Shown: positions 1 through 9,921, counted from the stretch's first letter. The stretch is 38,872 bases of DNA from an archaeon (GCA_027341315.1 DAIENA010000001.1:1-38872), one strand, 5' to 3'. The notes: generated from the sequence alone by a model not told the origin. A program made the numbers and translations.

Positions 1-975
1 TGTTCCGACTCCTATTTTTGGATAATAGTGAGTAACTTTTCCAATGAACTCTTTTTTAGTTGTTGCTGCGGAGTTTTCAACAGTTGAAAAGTCGTCGTTT
101 GTCGGCGTCCCCAAATAAAAACCTGACGAGAAACCCCTGTTGTAAACTTTTTTTAGTTCTTCCAAATAATTATCAATCTCTTTTTTTGTTAATTTTTTGT
201 CCAGCGCATTTCTGTAAATTCTCACGACGGTGTCGACGTATCTTGCGTCCCGGTTTCGCCCTTCAATTTTAAATGAAACAATTCCCGCTTCTTTTAATTT
301 TTCCATGAATGGCAGCGCACATAAATCTTTTGCGGACATAACTGTATTTCGATTTATTTTTAATTCTTTTCCCTCTTCGTCGGTGATTTTATAACTTCGT
401 CGGCAGACCTGCGTGCACATTCCGCGGTTTGCACTTCGTTTGAATAATTCCTGAGACATAAAACATCTTCCGGAAACTGCGACGCACATCGCTCCGTGAA
501 TGAAACATTCGACCGGAACGATTTTTGAAATTTTTTTTATCTGTTTAAGATTCAATTCTCTTGCGAGAACCACTCTTTGTGCGCCTAAAGATTTGTAAAA
601 TTTTGCAGCTTCGGCGTTTGAAACCGACGCTTGTGTTGAAACATGAAATGGAATTTTGAATTTTCGGCATAAATTTATTACAGACAAATCCCAGCAGATT
701 ATTGCATCAACCTTTCCCTTAATTTTTTTTAGAATACTCTCCACTTTTTTTATTTCTTCGTCGTAAATTATCACGTTTAAAGTTAGATACTTTTTAATTT
801 TTTTTCCGGTAATTTTGTTTATTTTGTCCAAATCCTGAATTGTAAAATTTTTAGCATTATCTCTCATAGAAAATTCTTTGAGCCCGAAGTAAACCGCGTC
901 GGCGCCGGCTTTAACCGCGGTTGCCAGCATTGAAAAATCTCCCGCCGGCGCTAAAAGTTCATATTTCTTTTTCAT
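1..975 (-). CDS. U32 peptidase-family protein (TrhP/RlhA/UbiU-like Fe-S RNA hydroxylation family), 3' end outside window
   Basis: Absent from the ORF track (runs off the edge). Manual translation from ATG 975 gives MKKKYELLAPAG...AGADAVYFG...HVSTQ...VVLAREL...FIHGAMCVAVSGRC...NRGMCTQVCR...MSAKDL...FKIEGR, typical U32 motifs. Confidence 0.9.
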   Translation of the reverse strand, partial: MKKKYELLAPAGDFSMLATAVKAGADAVYFGLKEFSMRDNAKNFTIQDLDKINKITGKKIKKYLTLNVIIYDEEIKKVESILKKIKGKVDAIICWDLSVINLCRKFKIPFHVSTQASVSNAEAAKFYKSLGAQRVVLARELNLKQIKKISKIVPVECFIHGAMCVAVSGRCFMSQELFKRSANRGMCTQVCRRSYKITDEEGKELKINRNTVMSAKDLCALPFMEKLKEAGIVSFKIEGRNRDARYVDTVVRIYRNALDKKLTKKEIDNYLEELKKVYNRGFSSGFYLGTPTNDDFSTVENSAATTKKEFIGKVTHYYPKIGVGT

Positions 976-999
976 AATAAAAAAAGATTTTGAGAGTTT

Positions 1000-1401
1000 T
1001 TAAGATTTCTTGATTTTATAAAATGGAATTCCCGGCGCTCTTTCCGGTTTTGCAGGTTCAACTTCGATTTTCCCATGAAAAGATATTTCGATATAATCTC
1101 CATTTTTGTAATCTGCATTTGTGAGGACGGTGTATTCCTTTTCGTCCAACCTATACCTCAAACTAAAACCTTTTTTATTGTCATTGAAATTGTAAATTTT
1201 TTCTTTGTCGGCAAAAAATGAAAAACCTTCTTTTGTTTTTTTGAAGCTTAAAACTTTTCTTTCAAGTGATTCATCAACGATTGTAGGTCTTGATCCGTTT
1301 ATATTTCTGACATAAAATCTTTTAGGAGAAAAATTTTTAATTGCATACTTAAGGTTTTTGGAATCGTCTTCTTTTAGGAGCCAATAAACATTAAAATCCA
1401 T
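1000..1401 (-). CDS. hypothetical protein
   Basis: 133-aa ATG ORF filling the gap between co-oriented genes; no recognised motif. Confidence 0.65.
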   Translation of the reverse strand: MDFNVYWLLKEDDSKNLKYAIKNFSPKRFYVRNINGSRPTIVDESLERKVLSFKKTKEGFSFFADKEKIYNFNDNKKGFSLRYRLDEKEYTVLTNADYKNGDYIEISFHGKIEVEPAKPERAPGIPFYKIKKS

Positions 1402-1431
1402 GAAAAAGTAAATAAGAAAGGGTTAATAAAA

Positions 1432-1737
1432 TTATTTTTTCTTTTGTTCCTTCTTATTTTTCTTGCCCCATTTCTCGAAGAGAACTTTATTGTCTTCGAT
1501 TTTGAATCTTGAAAGGACGAAGAAGTAAAGTATTGCGAGAAGTCCGAACGAGCCGATTATTGCAAGAACAATCGACAAATTGCCGACGAACCAAACCGCA
1601 AAAATTAAGATGAACCAAATCCAATGTTTTTTTACTGCGGACTTCCACATGGCAAGGAGCGTCCAGACAATCCCCCAAATTAAAATCGCGATGCTAATAA
1701 CCATTTGCGCAGTCGGCGTTGATAAAAATTCAAACAT
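1432..1737 (-). CDS. small membrane protein (DUF5652-like)
   Basis: Hydrophobic helices with W..LAMWKSA.K.HWIWF...G.L.ILY pattern typical of DUF5652. Confidence 0.7.
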   Translation of the reverse strand: MFEFLSTPTAQMVISIAILIWGIVWTLLAMWKSAVKKHWIWFILIFAVWFVGNLSIVLAIIGSFGLLAILYFFVLSRFKIEDNKVLFEKWGKKNKKEQKKK

Positions 1738-1896
1738 ACCCAGATTAATGAAATTGGTTTTAAAAATGTTGTGAATTAGAAATACTTTTTTATTTTTTTA
1801 AAACTTATCATTCATAAATAGTTAAGAAAGTTTAAATATAAAAAACGTTTTTCCAGCCTTAGGTTGTACCGATTGTGGTAATAAAAAAAGAAATAG

Positions 1897-1912
1897 ATAC
1901 AAATTATTGTAT
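1897..1912 (+). promoter_or_regulatory. putative NrdR box
   Basis: ATACAAATTATTGTAT lies within the palindrome GATACAA-N4-TTGTATC (1896-1913); 12/16 match to consensus acaCwAtATaTwGtgt; between TATA-like TTTAAATA (1831-1838) and the nrdR start. Confidence 0.6.
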
Positions 1913-1924
1913 CAAACCAAAAAG

Positions 1925-2362
1925 ATGAACTGTCCATTTTGCAATAGTACAAGATTGAAAGTAACAAACAAAAGAACTTCCCCCGAAGGAATCAGAAGGA
2001 GAAGAGAATGTCTTGATTGTTCAAAAAGATTCACTACGTACGAAAAAATTGCGGAATCGGACATATATGTAGTCAAAAAAGACGGTTCAAGAGAAAAGTT
2101 TGACGGCACAAAATTGAAAAGAGGACTCGATAAGGCATTTGAAAAGAGGCCTGTTTCGCAGGACAAAATAAATCGAGTCGTTTTTGAAATTGAGGAACAA
2201 ATAAGAAAAAAAGGAAAAAAAGAAATAAAAAGTAAAATAATTGGAGAAATGATGATGAAAAAAATAAAAAAATTAGACAAGGTTGCGTATGTCCGATTCG
2301 CGTCGGTGTATAGAGACTTTAAAGATATTGATGACTTCAAGGAGGAGCTAAAAGAATTATAA
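1925..2362 (+). CDS. nrdR: transcriptional repressor NrdR
   Basis: MNCPFC...IRRRRECLDCSKRFTTYE zinc ribbon, ATP cone VVKKDGSREKFD, C-terminal DKVAYVRFASVYRDF. ATG 1925 preferred to TTG 1907. Stop overlaps the nrdJ start (TAATG). Confidence 0.96.
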   Translation: MNCPFCNSTRLKVTNKRTSPEGIRRRRECLDCSKRFTTYEKIAESDIYVVKKDGSREKFDGTKLKRGLDKAFEKRPVSQDKINRVVFEIEEQIRKKGKKEIKSKIIGEMMMKKIKKLDKVAYVRFASVYRDFKDIDDFKEELKEL

Positions 2363-4872
2363 TGGAAGATGAAAATTTAAACGAGCAGTTGAAAAAACTC
2401 ACCTCTCTGGATATGAGTATAAATCAATTAAAAGTTGTTAAAGATAAATATTTGAAAGATTCTGCGACGGTCGAAGAATGGTTAAGAACTGTTTGCCACA
2501 ACATCGCCCTTTCAGAAGTTTTACATTCCGGAAAAATCAGCGACGAAGAAATTTTTGAAGGAGTAAATCATGAGTTTAAGGAGTATGAGTTTAATGGCAA
2601 AAAAGGAAGGATAATTTTATTTCATAAAGAAGGCGATGACCACAACGGAAGACAACAGAATTTTAAGAAATTTGTGGATAACCTTGAGAGGGCGGCAAGG
2701 AAAAATCCTGAACTCATAAAAGATACTGAAGAAAAGTTTTACAGGCTTTTGTCCGCATTCGACTTTTTACCGAATTCTCCGACGCTGATGAACGCCGGCC
2801 GGGATTTACAGCAATTGAGCGCGTGCTACGTTTTACCCGTCGGTGATTCAATAGAGGAAATTTATGAGTCTGTAAAGAATATGGCGCTGATTCACAAGAG
2901 TGGCGGAGGAACTGGTTTTTCATTTTCAAAATTAAGGCCCGCTCACGACGCTGTTTTAACCACAAAAGGGATTTCGTCCGGCCCCCTTTCATTCATGCAA
3001 ATTTTTGATAAGTCCACCGAAGTTGTTAAACAGGGTGGAACAAGAAGGGGGGCAAATATGGGGATTTTGCATTACACCCATCCGGATATTTTGGATTTTA
3101 TAGATATGAAAAAAACTCCGGGAATTATGGAAAACTTTAACATTTCGGTTACGGTCGACGACAAATTCATGAATGCAGTCAAGAATAACGAGGAATATGA
3201 TTTAATTAATCCAAGGAATAATAAAGTCGCCGGAAAACTTAATGCAAGGGAAGTTTGGAAAAAACTTGTACGCGGAGCATGGGAGACGGGAGACCCCGGA
3301 ATAATTATAATCGACAGGATAAACAATACAGGAAGTAACGCAACGCCGCACCTTGGAATGATTGAATCGACAAATCCGTGCGGAGAGCAGCCGCTTCTTT
3401 CCTATGAACCATGCAATCTCGGGTCGATTAATTTATCCAACTTTGTCGACGAGGAAAAACAATCCTTTGATTATGAAAGACTTAAAGAGACCGTGAAAAT
3501 ATCGACAAGATTTTTGGATAATGTGATCGATATAAATTGTTATCCCATTCCAAAAATTGAGGAGACTGCAAAAAAGACGAGAAGAATCGGTTTAGGAATT
3601 ATGGGTTGGGCAGAGTCGCTTGTGAAATTAGGAATTCCATATAACTCTCCTGATGCTCTTAGAGAAGCAGAGAAGGTTATGAAAATAATTAATGAAACAT
3701 GCATGGATTATTCAAATGAACTTGCAAAAGAGAGAGGAGTTTTTCCGGCATATGAAGGAAGTGTCTTTGATAAGAACAGCAAGTATTTTAGAGGAGTTGA
3801 AAGTTACCCTCGGCATTCGGCAAGAACGACCATTGCACCGACGGGAACAATTGGAATCGCCGCCGGACTTCAGGGCGCGGGAATCGAACCGTTCTTTGCG
3901 ATAGTTTATGTTCGTTACAACGCCGCCGGAATTGATGCGTTAAAAAAAGGAGAAACTCCAAAGGAGAAAGATACTTTTTTTGAAGTGAATCCTTTGTTTG
4001 AAAAAATAGCCAAGCAAAATAATTATTTTGGTTTAAAAAAGGAAGAGTTGTTTTTAAAAATTAATAATAATCATAAGAGCCTCCTTGGAATAAAAGAGAT
4101 TCCGCAAAAAATTCAGAATTTATTTTTGACTTCTCATGATTTAAATCCACGAGAACATGTTTTAATGCAATGTGCTTTTCAGAGATATACAGACAACGCC
4201 GTTTCAAAAACAGTTAACCTTAGAAATGAAGCAACCGTCGAGGACGTTGATGCAGTTTACAAACTCGCATACGAAAACGGCGCCAAGGGTGTTACAATTT
4301 ACAGGGATGGTTCAAAGCAGTTTCAAATTTTAAATATTAATGAAACTAAAAAAGAAACAAAAAAAGAAGTTGACAAAGATTTGCCTGAGTTTGCCAATTA
4401 TTATGAAATTCAGACAGGTCAGGGGTCAATACATATTCACATAAATTATAATGAAGAAAGAATTTCAAAAATTTTTGCGAATCTCTCGCCGATAGGAACG
4501 GAAATTTCCGGAATGGCGACGTCGCTTGCTATTGTTCTTTCAAAATATTTTGAACTTGGCGGAGACCCGATTAGGATTTTAAAACATTTGAATTCTATAA
4601 AATCCGAGAAGCCGTACGGTTTTGGAAAAAATAAAGTTGATTCCATTCCGCACGCGTTTGCGATTGCCATACGAAGACATCTTGTTAAAGTCGGAAAAAT
4701 AAAACCATTGGAAAACGGAAACGGATTCAAAGACCAAAACGACAAAATTGTGGAAATCGACAGGGAAGTGAAAAATCTTCACTGTTCAAAATGTTTCTCG
4801 TCGAATGTCGGAATGGTTTCAGGATGCAGCGAACCGACGTGTTTTGACTGCGGATACAGTAAATGCAGTTAA
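2362..4872 (+). CDS. nrdJ: class II adenosylcobalamin-dependent ribonucleotide reductase
   Basis: PNSPTLMNAG, QLSACYV, GGGTG, TNPCGEQPL, CNLGSINL, TIAPTGT, AVSKTVN, GVTIYRDGS; C-terminal TSCPD-like domain and CSKC...CFDCGYSKC tail. Confidence 0.95.
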   Translation: MEDENLNEQLKKLTSLDMSINQLKVVKDKYLKDSATVEEWLRTVCHNIALSEVLHSGKISDEEIFEGVNHEFKEYEFNGKKGRIILFHKEGDDHNGRQQNFKKFVDNLERAARKNPELIKDTEEKFYRLLSAFDFLPNSPTLMNAGRDLQQLSACYVLPVGDSIEEIYESVKNMALIHKSGGGTGFSFSKLRPAHDAVLTTKGISSGPLSFMQIFDKSTEVVKQGGTRRGANMGILHYTHPDILDFIDMKKTPGIMENFNISVTVDDKFMNAVKNNEEYDLINPRNNKVAGKLNAREVWKKLVRGAWETGDPGIIIIDRINNTGSNATPHLGMIESTNPCGEQPLLSYEPCNLGSINLSNFVDEEKQSFDYERLKETVKISTRFLDNVIDINCYPIPKIEETAKKTRRIGLGIMGWAESLVKLGIPYNSPDALREAEKVMKIINETCMDYSNELAKERGVFPAYEGSVFDKNSKYFRGVESYPRHSARTTIAPTGTIGIAAGLQGAGIEPFFAIVYVRYNAAGIDALKKGETPKEKDTFFEVNPLFEKIAKQNNYFGLKKEELFLKINNNHKSLLGIKEIPQKIQNLFLTSHDLNPREHVLMQCAFQRYTDNAVSKTVNLRNEATVEDVDAVYKLAYENGAKGVTIYRDGSKQFQILNINETKKETKKEVDKDLPEFANYYEIQTGQGSIHIHINYNEERISKIFANLSPIGTEISGMATSLAIVLSKYFELGGDPIRILKHLNSIKSEKPYGFGKNKVDSIPHAFAIAIRRHLVKVGKIKPLENGNGFKDQNDKIVEIDREVKNLHCSKCFSSNVGMVSGCSEPTCFDCGYSKCS

Positions 4873-4901
4873 TTTTAAAAATGTTAAGAGAATCTCTATA
4901 T

Positions 4902-5177
4902 ATGCCTAATCAGACATTAGATAATTTTTTGATGGAAAATCAGACGACAATAGGTGTTCAATTTGGAATGGAACCTGAAAATAATATATGGGTTTCAGGA
5001 GTCTCATTTAGTAAAAAAAATTTTGTTTTGGTTAGTCATAAGGCAGAAATTCGCGAAAATAGATATATAACTTATTCCAAAGAATGCAAGAATATAGATG
5101 AAGTATTTGCAAGAGGAAAAGAAATTTTTGAAGAGGTTAAAAAAAATCCGAAAAAGTATTTATATGTTTCTGAGTAA
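4902..5177 (+). CDS. hypothetical protein
   Basis: Fills the gap after nrdJ; start uncertain (4863/4881/4902), 4902 chosen from TATA spacing. Confidence 0.55.
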   Translation: MPNQTLDNFLMENQTTIGVQFGMEPENNIWVSGVSFSKKNFVLVSHKAEIRENRYITYSKECKNIDEVFARGKEIFEEVKKNPKKYLYVSE

Positions 5178-5211
5178 CAAATAATAAAAACTTCTTTTAC
5201 ATTTATTGTTT

Positions 5212-6006
5212 ATGAAAAAACGTTTTATTGAATTATGGGAGAAGATGGGTGCTTCACAGAATCCAGAAGAAGAATTTGAAAGAGTAGTCAAATTATATAA
5301 GAACCCAAAAAGATTTTATCATACTCTGAATGGTCATATAAAAAATTGTCTAATTGAATTTGATTTTATAAAATCATCAATTAAAAATCCACTTCAGATT
5401 GAATTTTCAATTTGGTACCATGACGTAATCTACGACACTCATTCAAAAACTAACGAAGAAGATAGTTCAAATTTAGCTTATAAGGTTTGTATCGAGAATA
5501 ACTTAGCGAAGAATTTTTCTAAAAAAATATCTAAACTAATTTTGTTTACAAAACATAACCTTGAGCCTAAAGATGGAGACACAAAAATCCTTTTAGATAT
5601 AGATTTATCTCGCTTGGGAAAACCTTTTGAAGAATTTAACAAAGATAGTGAAAATATAAGAAAAGAATATTCTTGGGTTCTAGAAAAAGAATACAAGGAA
5701 GATAGAATTAAAGTTCTGAAAAGTTTTTTAGAAAGAAAAAATATTTATTATAATAATTTTTTTAGAGAAAAATATGAATCTCAAGCACGCCAAAACTTAG
5801 AAAAATCAATAGAAATCTTAAGCTCAAATTTAAAAGAGAATCCTCATTATGAGAATGAAGAAGATTTGCCCAAGAAAAAATATTTTGAAGCTCAAGAAAG
5901 AGATAATGGGTTGGAGGCAATGGGCTGGGGCAAACATTGGTTTGAACTTGATGAAGATGATGATTTTGATAGAGGAATAACTCCCTTTAGTCATTGGGAT
6001 GAATAA
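5212..6006 (+). CDS. HD-superfamily metal-dependent phosphohydrolase (COG4339-like)
   Basis: R.YHT..H, IWYHDVIYD, NEEDS, TKH, LLDIDL..LG, IRKEY, R..VLKSFL, AR.NL motifs. Confidence 0.85.
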   Translation: MKKRFIELWEKMGASQNPEEEFERVVKLYKNPKRFYHTLNGHIKNCLIEFDFIKSSIKNPLQIEFSIWYHDVIYDTHSKTNEEDSSNLAYKVCIENNLAKNFSKKISKLILFTKHNLEPKDGDTKILLDIDLSRLGKPFEEFNKDSENIRKEYSWVLEKEYKEDRIKVLKSFLERKNIYYNNFFREKYESQARQNLEKSIEILSSNLKENPHYENEEDLPKKKYFEAQERDNGLEAMGWGKHWFELDEDDDFDRGITPFSHWDE

Positions 6007-6007
6007 A

Positions 6008-6538
6008 ATGGAAACAGATAAATCAAAACTCGGGCTTGTTCACGTTTACACCGGCGACGGCAAGGGAAAAACGTCGACGGGAATGGGGCTCGTCGTTCGG
6101 GCGCTTGGCCGCGGTCTGAAGGTGAAAATAATCCAGCTCTTCAAACGCGACACGGGGGAACAATTCTTTTTTGAAAATTCCGGAGTTCCATATTTACAAT
6201 TTAAACCGTTGCATCCATATTTCAAAAATTATGATTCGGCGCAACTTGAAAATATAAAAAAAGAATTTCTTGAATTTTGGAAGGCGGCACTTTTTGATAT
6301 AGACGAATATGACGTTTTACTCGTCGATGAAGTCGGGCCGGGATTAAACTGGGGAATTATTTCTGAAGAATTAATTTTTGATTTGATTGAAAAAAAACCG
6401 AAGCATCTGGAGTTAATAATGACGGGGCGCGACTTTTTGCCGTCAATTCTTGAAAAAGCCGACTACGTTTCCGAGATTAAAAAAATAAAACATCCGTACG
6501 ACGACGGAATTCTTGCGCGTGAAGGCGTGGAGTTTTAG
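6008..6538 (+). CDS. cobO: cob(I)alamin adenosyltransferase, CobA/BtuR/CobO type
   Basis: GLVHVYTGDGKGKTS, LGRGLKV..IQ.FK, VDE, ELIMTGR, ADYVSEI..IKHPYD.G..AREGVEF. Confidence 0.93.
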   Translation: METDKSKLGLVHVYTGDGKGKTSTGMGLVVRALGRGLKVKIIQLFKRDTGEQFFFENSGVPYLQFKPLHPYFKNYDSAQLENIKKEFLEFWKAALFDIDEYDVLLVDEVGPGLNWGIISEELIFDLIEKKPKHLELIMTGRDFLPSILEKADYVSEIKKIKHPYDDGILAREGVEF

Positions 6539-6829
6539 ATGATACCAATTCTTTTAATGATTCTTGACCTTCTGGCTTTGACGTCGCTCACGCTTGTTCA
6601 ATTCAAAATAAGTTTCGTCCCGCAACTTGCCATCCTTTCGTCGATTTATTTGATTGCAAAAGGATTTATGTTTAAGGATTTTATGAGCATTATTGATTCA
6701 ATGATTGGAGTTTATCTGATTCTCGCGTTTGCATTCGGCATTTCGTCTTTTTTATACTGGATAATTTTAATTTGGTTTATGTACAAATTATTTTTTGTGG
6801 TGTTATTTAACCTTTTCAACTTTTCATAA
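6539..6829 (+). CDS. small multi-pass membrane protein
   Basis: Almost entirely hydrophobic 96-aa ORF abutting the cobO stop. Confidence 0.7.
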   Translation: MIPILLMILDLLALTSLTLVQFKISFVPQLAILSSIYLIAKGFMFKDFMSIIDSMIGVYLILAFAFGISSFLYWIILIWFMYKLFFVVLFNLFNFS

Positions 6830-6863
6830 ATAAAATTAAAAAGGCTGTGTTTATATTAAAAGT

Positions 6864-7922
6864 ATGATTATCGGAATAACCGGAACTTTTGCGTCGGGGA
6901 AAGGGACAATTGTGGAATTTTTGAAAACGCAAGGATTCAAACATTATTCTGTTCGTGGTTTTCTTGCAGATGAACTTGAAAAAAGAGGAATTTCAATTAA
7001 CAGGGATTCTTTAATTGAAATTGGAAATGAACTTCGGGCAAAAAATTCTCCGAGTTACATTGTCGAGCAGATTTATAAAAATGCACAAAGTAACGGCGGA
7101 GACGCGGTCATTGAAAGTTTGAGAGCGGTGGGTGAAGTTGAGTCATTGAAAAATAAAAAAGATTTTTATTTATTCAGCGTCGATGCGCCGATTGAAATTC
7201 GTTACAAACGAGCCGTTCAAAGAAATAACGAAACAGACCACGTAAGTTTCGAAGAATTTTCTTCACGTGAAAAAAGGGAAATAAAAAATAGTGACCCATC
7301 AAAACAAAGTTTGATTGATTGTATGAATCTTGCAAATTTTAAATTTGAAAATAAGGGAACAACTAGAGAGCTTCATGAAAAAGTTGAAAAAGTTTTAGGT
7401 GAAATCAAAAGTAAAATTAAAACACAATGTGTCCGCCCGAATTGGGACGACTACTTCATGTCGATGGCTTACCTGGTTGCGATGAAAAGTAAAGATGAAA
7501 GTACACATATGGGTGCTGTTATCGTCGGTGAAAGTAATGAAATTAAATCCACCGGCTACAACAGTTTTGTCAGAGGATTGAATGATAACGTCGCCGAAAG
7601 ACAGGAAAAACCGGAAAAATATTTTTGGTTTGAACACGCAGAAAGAAATGCGGTTTATAACGCCACTTTAATCGGAACTTCTTTGAGGGGATGTAAAATT
7701 TATACAAACGGAGTTCCGTGTATGGATTGTGCGAGGGCAATAATTCAATCCGGAATATCTGAAGTTATAATTGATAAACAATGGGACGAAAAAAATCCCG
7801 GTCTTTGGTCGGAGCACGCAAAAAGAAGTCTTCAGATGTTCGAAGAAGTTGGAGTCAAGGTTCGATTCTGGACGGGAAATCTTCTTTCAGTCAAAAAATT
7901 CATGAGAGGAGAATTTATTTAA
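6864..7922 (+). CDS. P-loop (d)NMP/dephospho-CoA kinase-like domain fused to dCMP deaminase
   Basis: N-terminal IIGITGTFASGKGT Walker A; C-terminal RPNWDDYFM, TGYN, HAERNA, PCMDCARAIIQSGI zinc deaminase motifs. Confidence 0.88.
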   Translation: MIIGITGTFASGKGTIVEFLKTQGFKHYSVRGFLADELEKRGISINRDSLIEIGNELRAKNSPSYIVEQIYKNAQSNGGDAVIESLRAVGEVESLKNKKDFYLFSVDAPIEIRYKRAVQRNNETDHVSFEEFSSREKREIKNSDPSKQSLIDCMNLANFKFENKGTTRELHEKVEKVLGEIKSKIKTQCVRPNWDDYFMSMAYLVAMKSKDESTHMGAVIVGESNEIKSTGYNSFVRGLNDNVAERQEKPEKYFWFEHAERNAVYNATLIGTSLRGCKIYTNGVPCMDCARAIIQSGISEVIIDKQWDEKNPGLWSEHAKRSLQMFEEVGVKVRFWTGNLLSVKKFMRGEFI

Positions 7923-7925
7923 ATT

Positions 7926-8900
7926 TTATAATAATGAAGAAATTTTATTTGCCATTTGTTGGTTTATTTCTTCTCTCGATGCGTAAATATCAAACCGCGT
8001 AATTTCCGGAATTTCTGATCCATATTTTTTACATGCTTTTTTATATAAATTCTCAAGCCAATCAGTTGCGTATCTTTTATTTACCAAAAGCTGATACTGA
8101 GTTTTTTTCTCATGATCATCTAAATCTCTTCCGTTGCTTCGGCTTTTTCGAAATTCAAGATAATCTTTTTCCTTCCAATTTTCTGGTCCACAAACAACAA
8201 ATAAATTTGTCGGGGAATTTGCAAAAGCAATTTTATGCCCTTCAAGTTGAAGATAATATTCTTCCGATACCCCCTTGGATAAGTAATCTTTGTCATAAAC
8301 TTGATAACATGCTGATTCCTCACTTCGACTTCTCACAATTATTTTATTATTCTCTCGAAGAGGTTTTCTAAATCTTAAAAACTCGTCGGTTCGGTAAACA
8401 CTATGAGATTCTGCAGCCGCCTTTGGATTTAACTCATCTCCAAATTCCGAACGGTTTTGTTCGATTACTCTGTTAACTTGTCCCGAACCTCTTTTTGTTG
8501 GTTCTTCTAATATCCAAACGTCGGCCGAATTTGGGTCGATATACGTCGTTACTTTATTTTTCACCATCGACGCGACACGTAAATCTTGATTCGTTCCTCC
8601 TCCGCTCAATAATTTGTGGGCATACCAAAGAAAATTTTCAGGGGTAGTGGTGGTTGTGGAGGCACAATCTTTTACAGTGAATAAAAACTCACTTAAATTA
8701 ATAAAATCATTTCCCCAATGAGTTTTTATTTCATCTTGAAATTTTTCTGTATGAAAAAGAGCATCGATTTCGGTTCCTCTTAAATCTTTTACAGTTTTTC
8801 CGTCGTTCTGAAAAAAATTAATTATTCCTTCTATTTGCGTGCTTGTTCCGCTCATATCCGGACCACATACAACAATATCAAGAAATTTTCCCCTTCCCAT
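7926..8900 (-). CDS. divergent thymidylate kinase-like P-loop protein
   Basis: N-terminal GKFLDIVVCGPDMSGTSTQI resembles TMK G.FIVFEGxDGSGKSTQ; EEPT, IIVRSRSEES..YQ and D.HE elements occur in TMK order; adjacent to thyX. Confidence 0.6.
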   Translation of the reverse strand: MGRGKFLDIVVCGPDMSGTSTQIEGIINFFQNDGKTVKDLRGTEIDALFHTEKFQDEIKTHWGNDFINLSEFLFTVKDCASTTTTTPENFLWYAHKLLSGGGTNQDLRVASMVKNKVTTYIDPNSADVWILEEPTKRGSGQVNRVIEQNRSEFGDELNPKAAAESHSVYRTDEFLRFRKPLRENNKIIVRSRSEESACYQVYDKDYLSKGVSEEYYLQLEGHKIAFANSPTNLFVVCGPENWKEKDYLEFRKSRSNGRDLDDHEKKTQYQLLVNKRYATDWLENLYKKACKKYGSEIPEITRFDIYASREEINQQMANKISSLL

Positions 8901-9033
8901 TTTATTATCACCTTTTTTTATTTTTTAAACTAAATCGTTTTTTATCATATACATAAGAGTTGTATATTTAATAAGAATTACCTGACAAATTTGCTACACA
9001 AATTTTTATAAATAAAATTTTTTTAATTATAGA

Positions 9034-9921
9034 ATGGAAGAAAGAATTTTTGTTCCGGAAATGGATAAAATTTTGAATAAAGAGTTTAAAGTGTTGGATA
9101 AGGGATTTGTCAGAGTTGTTGATTATATGGGAGGAGATGAATCAATTGTTCAGGCCGCAAGAGTTTCATACGGAAAAGGAACAAAAAAAGTTAGCGAGAA
9201 CAAGGGATTGATAAGATATTTAATGAGACACCACCATACAAGTCCTTTTGAAATGGCTGAGATAAAATTGCATGTTAAAGTGCCAATGGATGCGTGGAGA
9301 CAATGGATAAGACACAGGACAGCAAATGTGAATGAATACTCAACAAGATATTCAATTGCAATTGACGAAATGCAGGAAACCTCCCCCGTTGAATGGAGGC
9401 TTCAATCCAAAGACAACAAACAGGGAAGTAAAGGTATGGTTTCCGAAGACATTGGGAGGCAATTAACAAATAAGGAAGAAAATCTTCAGAAATTCTCAAG
9501 AGAGATATACAATGAGCGAATTGATTTTGGGGTTGCAAAAGAACAAGCACGAAAAGACCTTCCATTGTCGACTTATACTGAAGCATACTGGAAAATTGAT
9601 TTACATAATTTATTGCATTTTCTTGGATTACGAATGGATGAACATGCACAACATGAAATAAGACAATATGCAAATGTAATTGGAAATGAGATTGTATCAA
9701 AATGGGTGCCAATGACCTGGGAAGCTTTTCAGGATTACAAATTGAATTCGATTAATTTTTCTTCTTTGGAATCGAAGACGTTAATAAAAATTATCAACAG
9801 CAAAGAGGGCTTGGAAAATATTGACAATTTTTTAAATTCGGAATTTTTCAAGTCAGATGGGAAGTTGAATGGAGAAGGACTTGAATTTAAAGAGAAGATA
9901 AAAAAGATGCTGAAGATGTAA
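9034..9921 (+). CDS. thyX: FAD-dependent thymidylate synthase
   Basis: QAARVSY, HTSPFE, RHR-X7-S motif (RHRTANVNEYSTRY), EQAR..LP, LR...HAQ.EIR. Confidence 0.97.
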   Translation: MEERIFVPEMDKILNKEFKVLDKGFVRVVDYMGGDESIVQAARVSYGKGTKKVSENKGLIRYLMRHHHTSPFEMAEIKLHVKVPMDAWRQWIRHRTANVNEYSTRYSIAIDEMQETSPVEWRLQSKDNKQGSKGMVSEDIGRQLTNKEENLQKFSREIYNERIDFGVAKEQARKDLPLSTYTEAYWKIDLHNLLHFLGLRMDEHAQHEIRQYANVIGNEIVSKWVPMTWEAFQDYKLNSINFSSLESKTLIKIINSKEGLENIDNFLNSEFFKSDGKLNGEGLEFKEKIKKMLKM

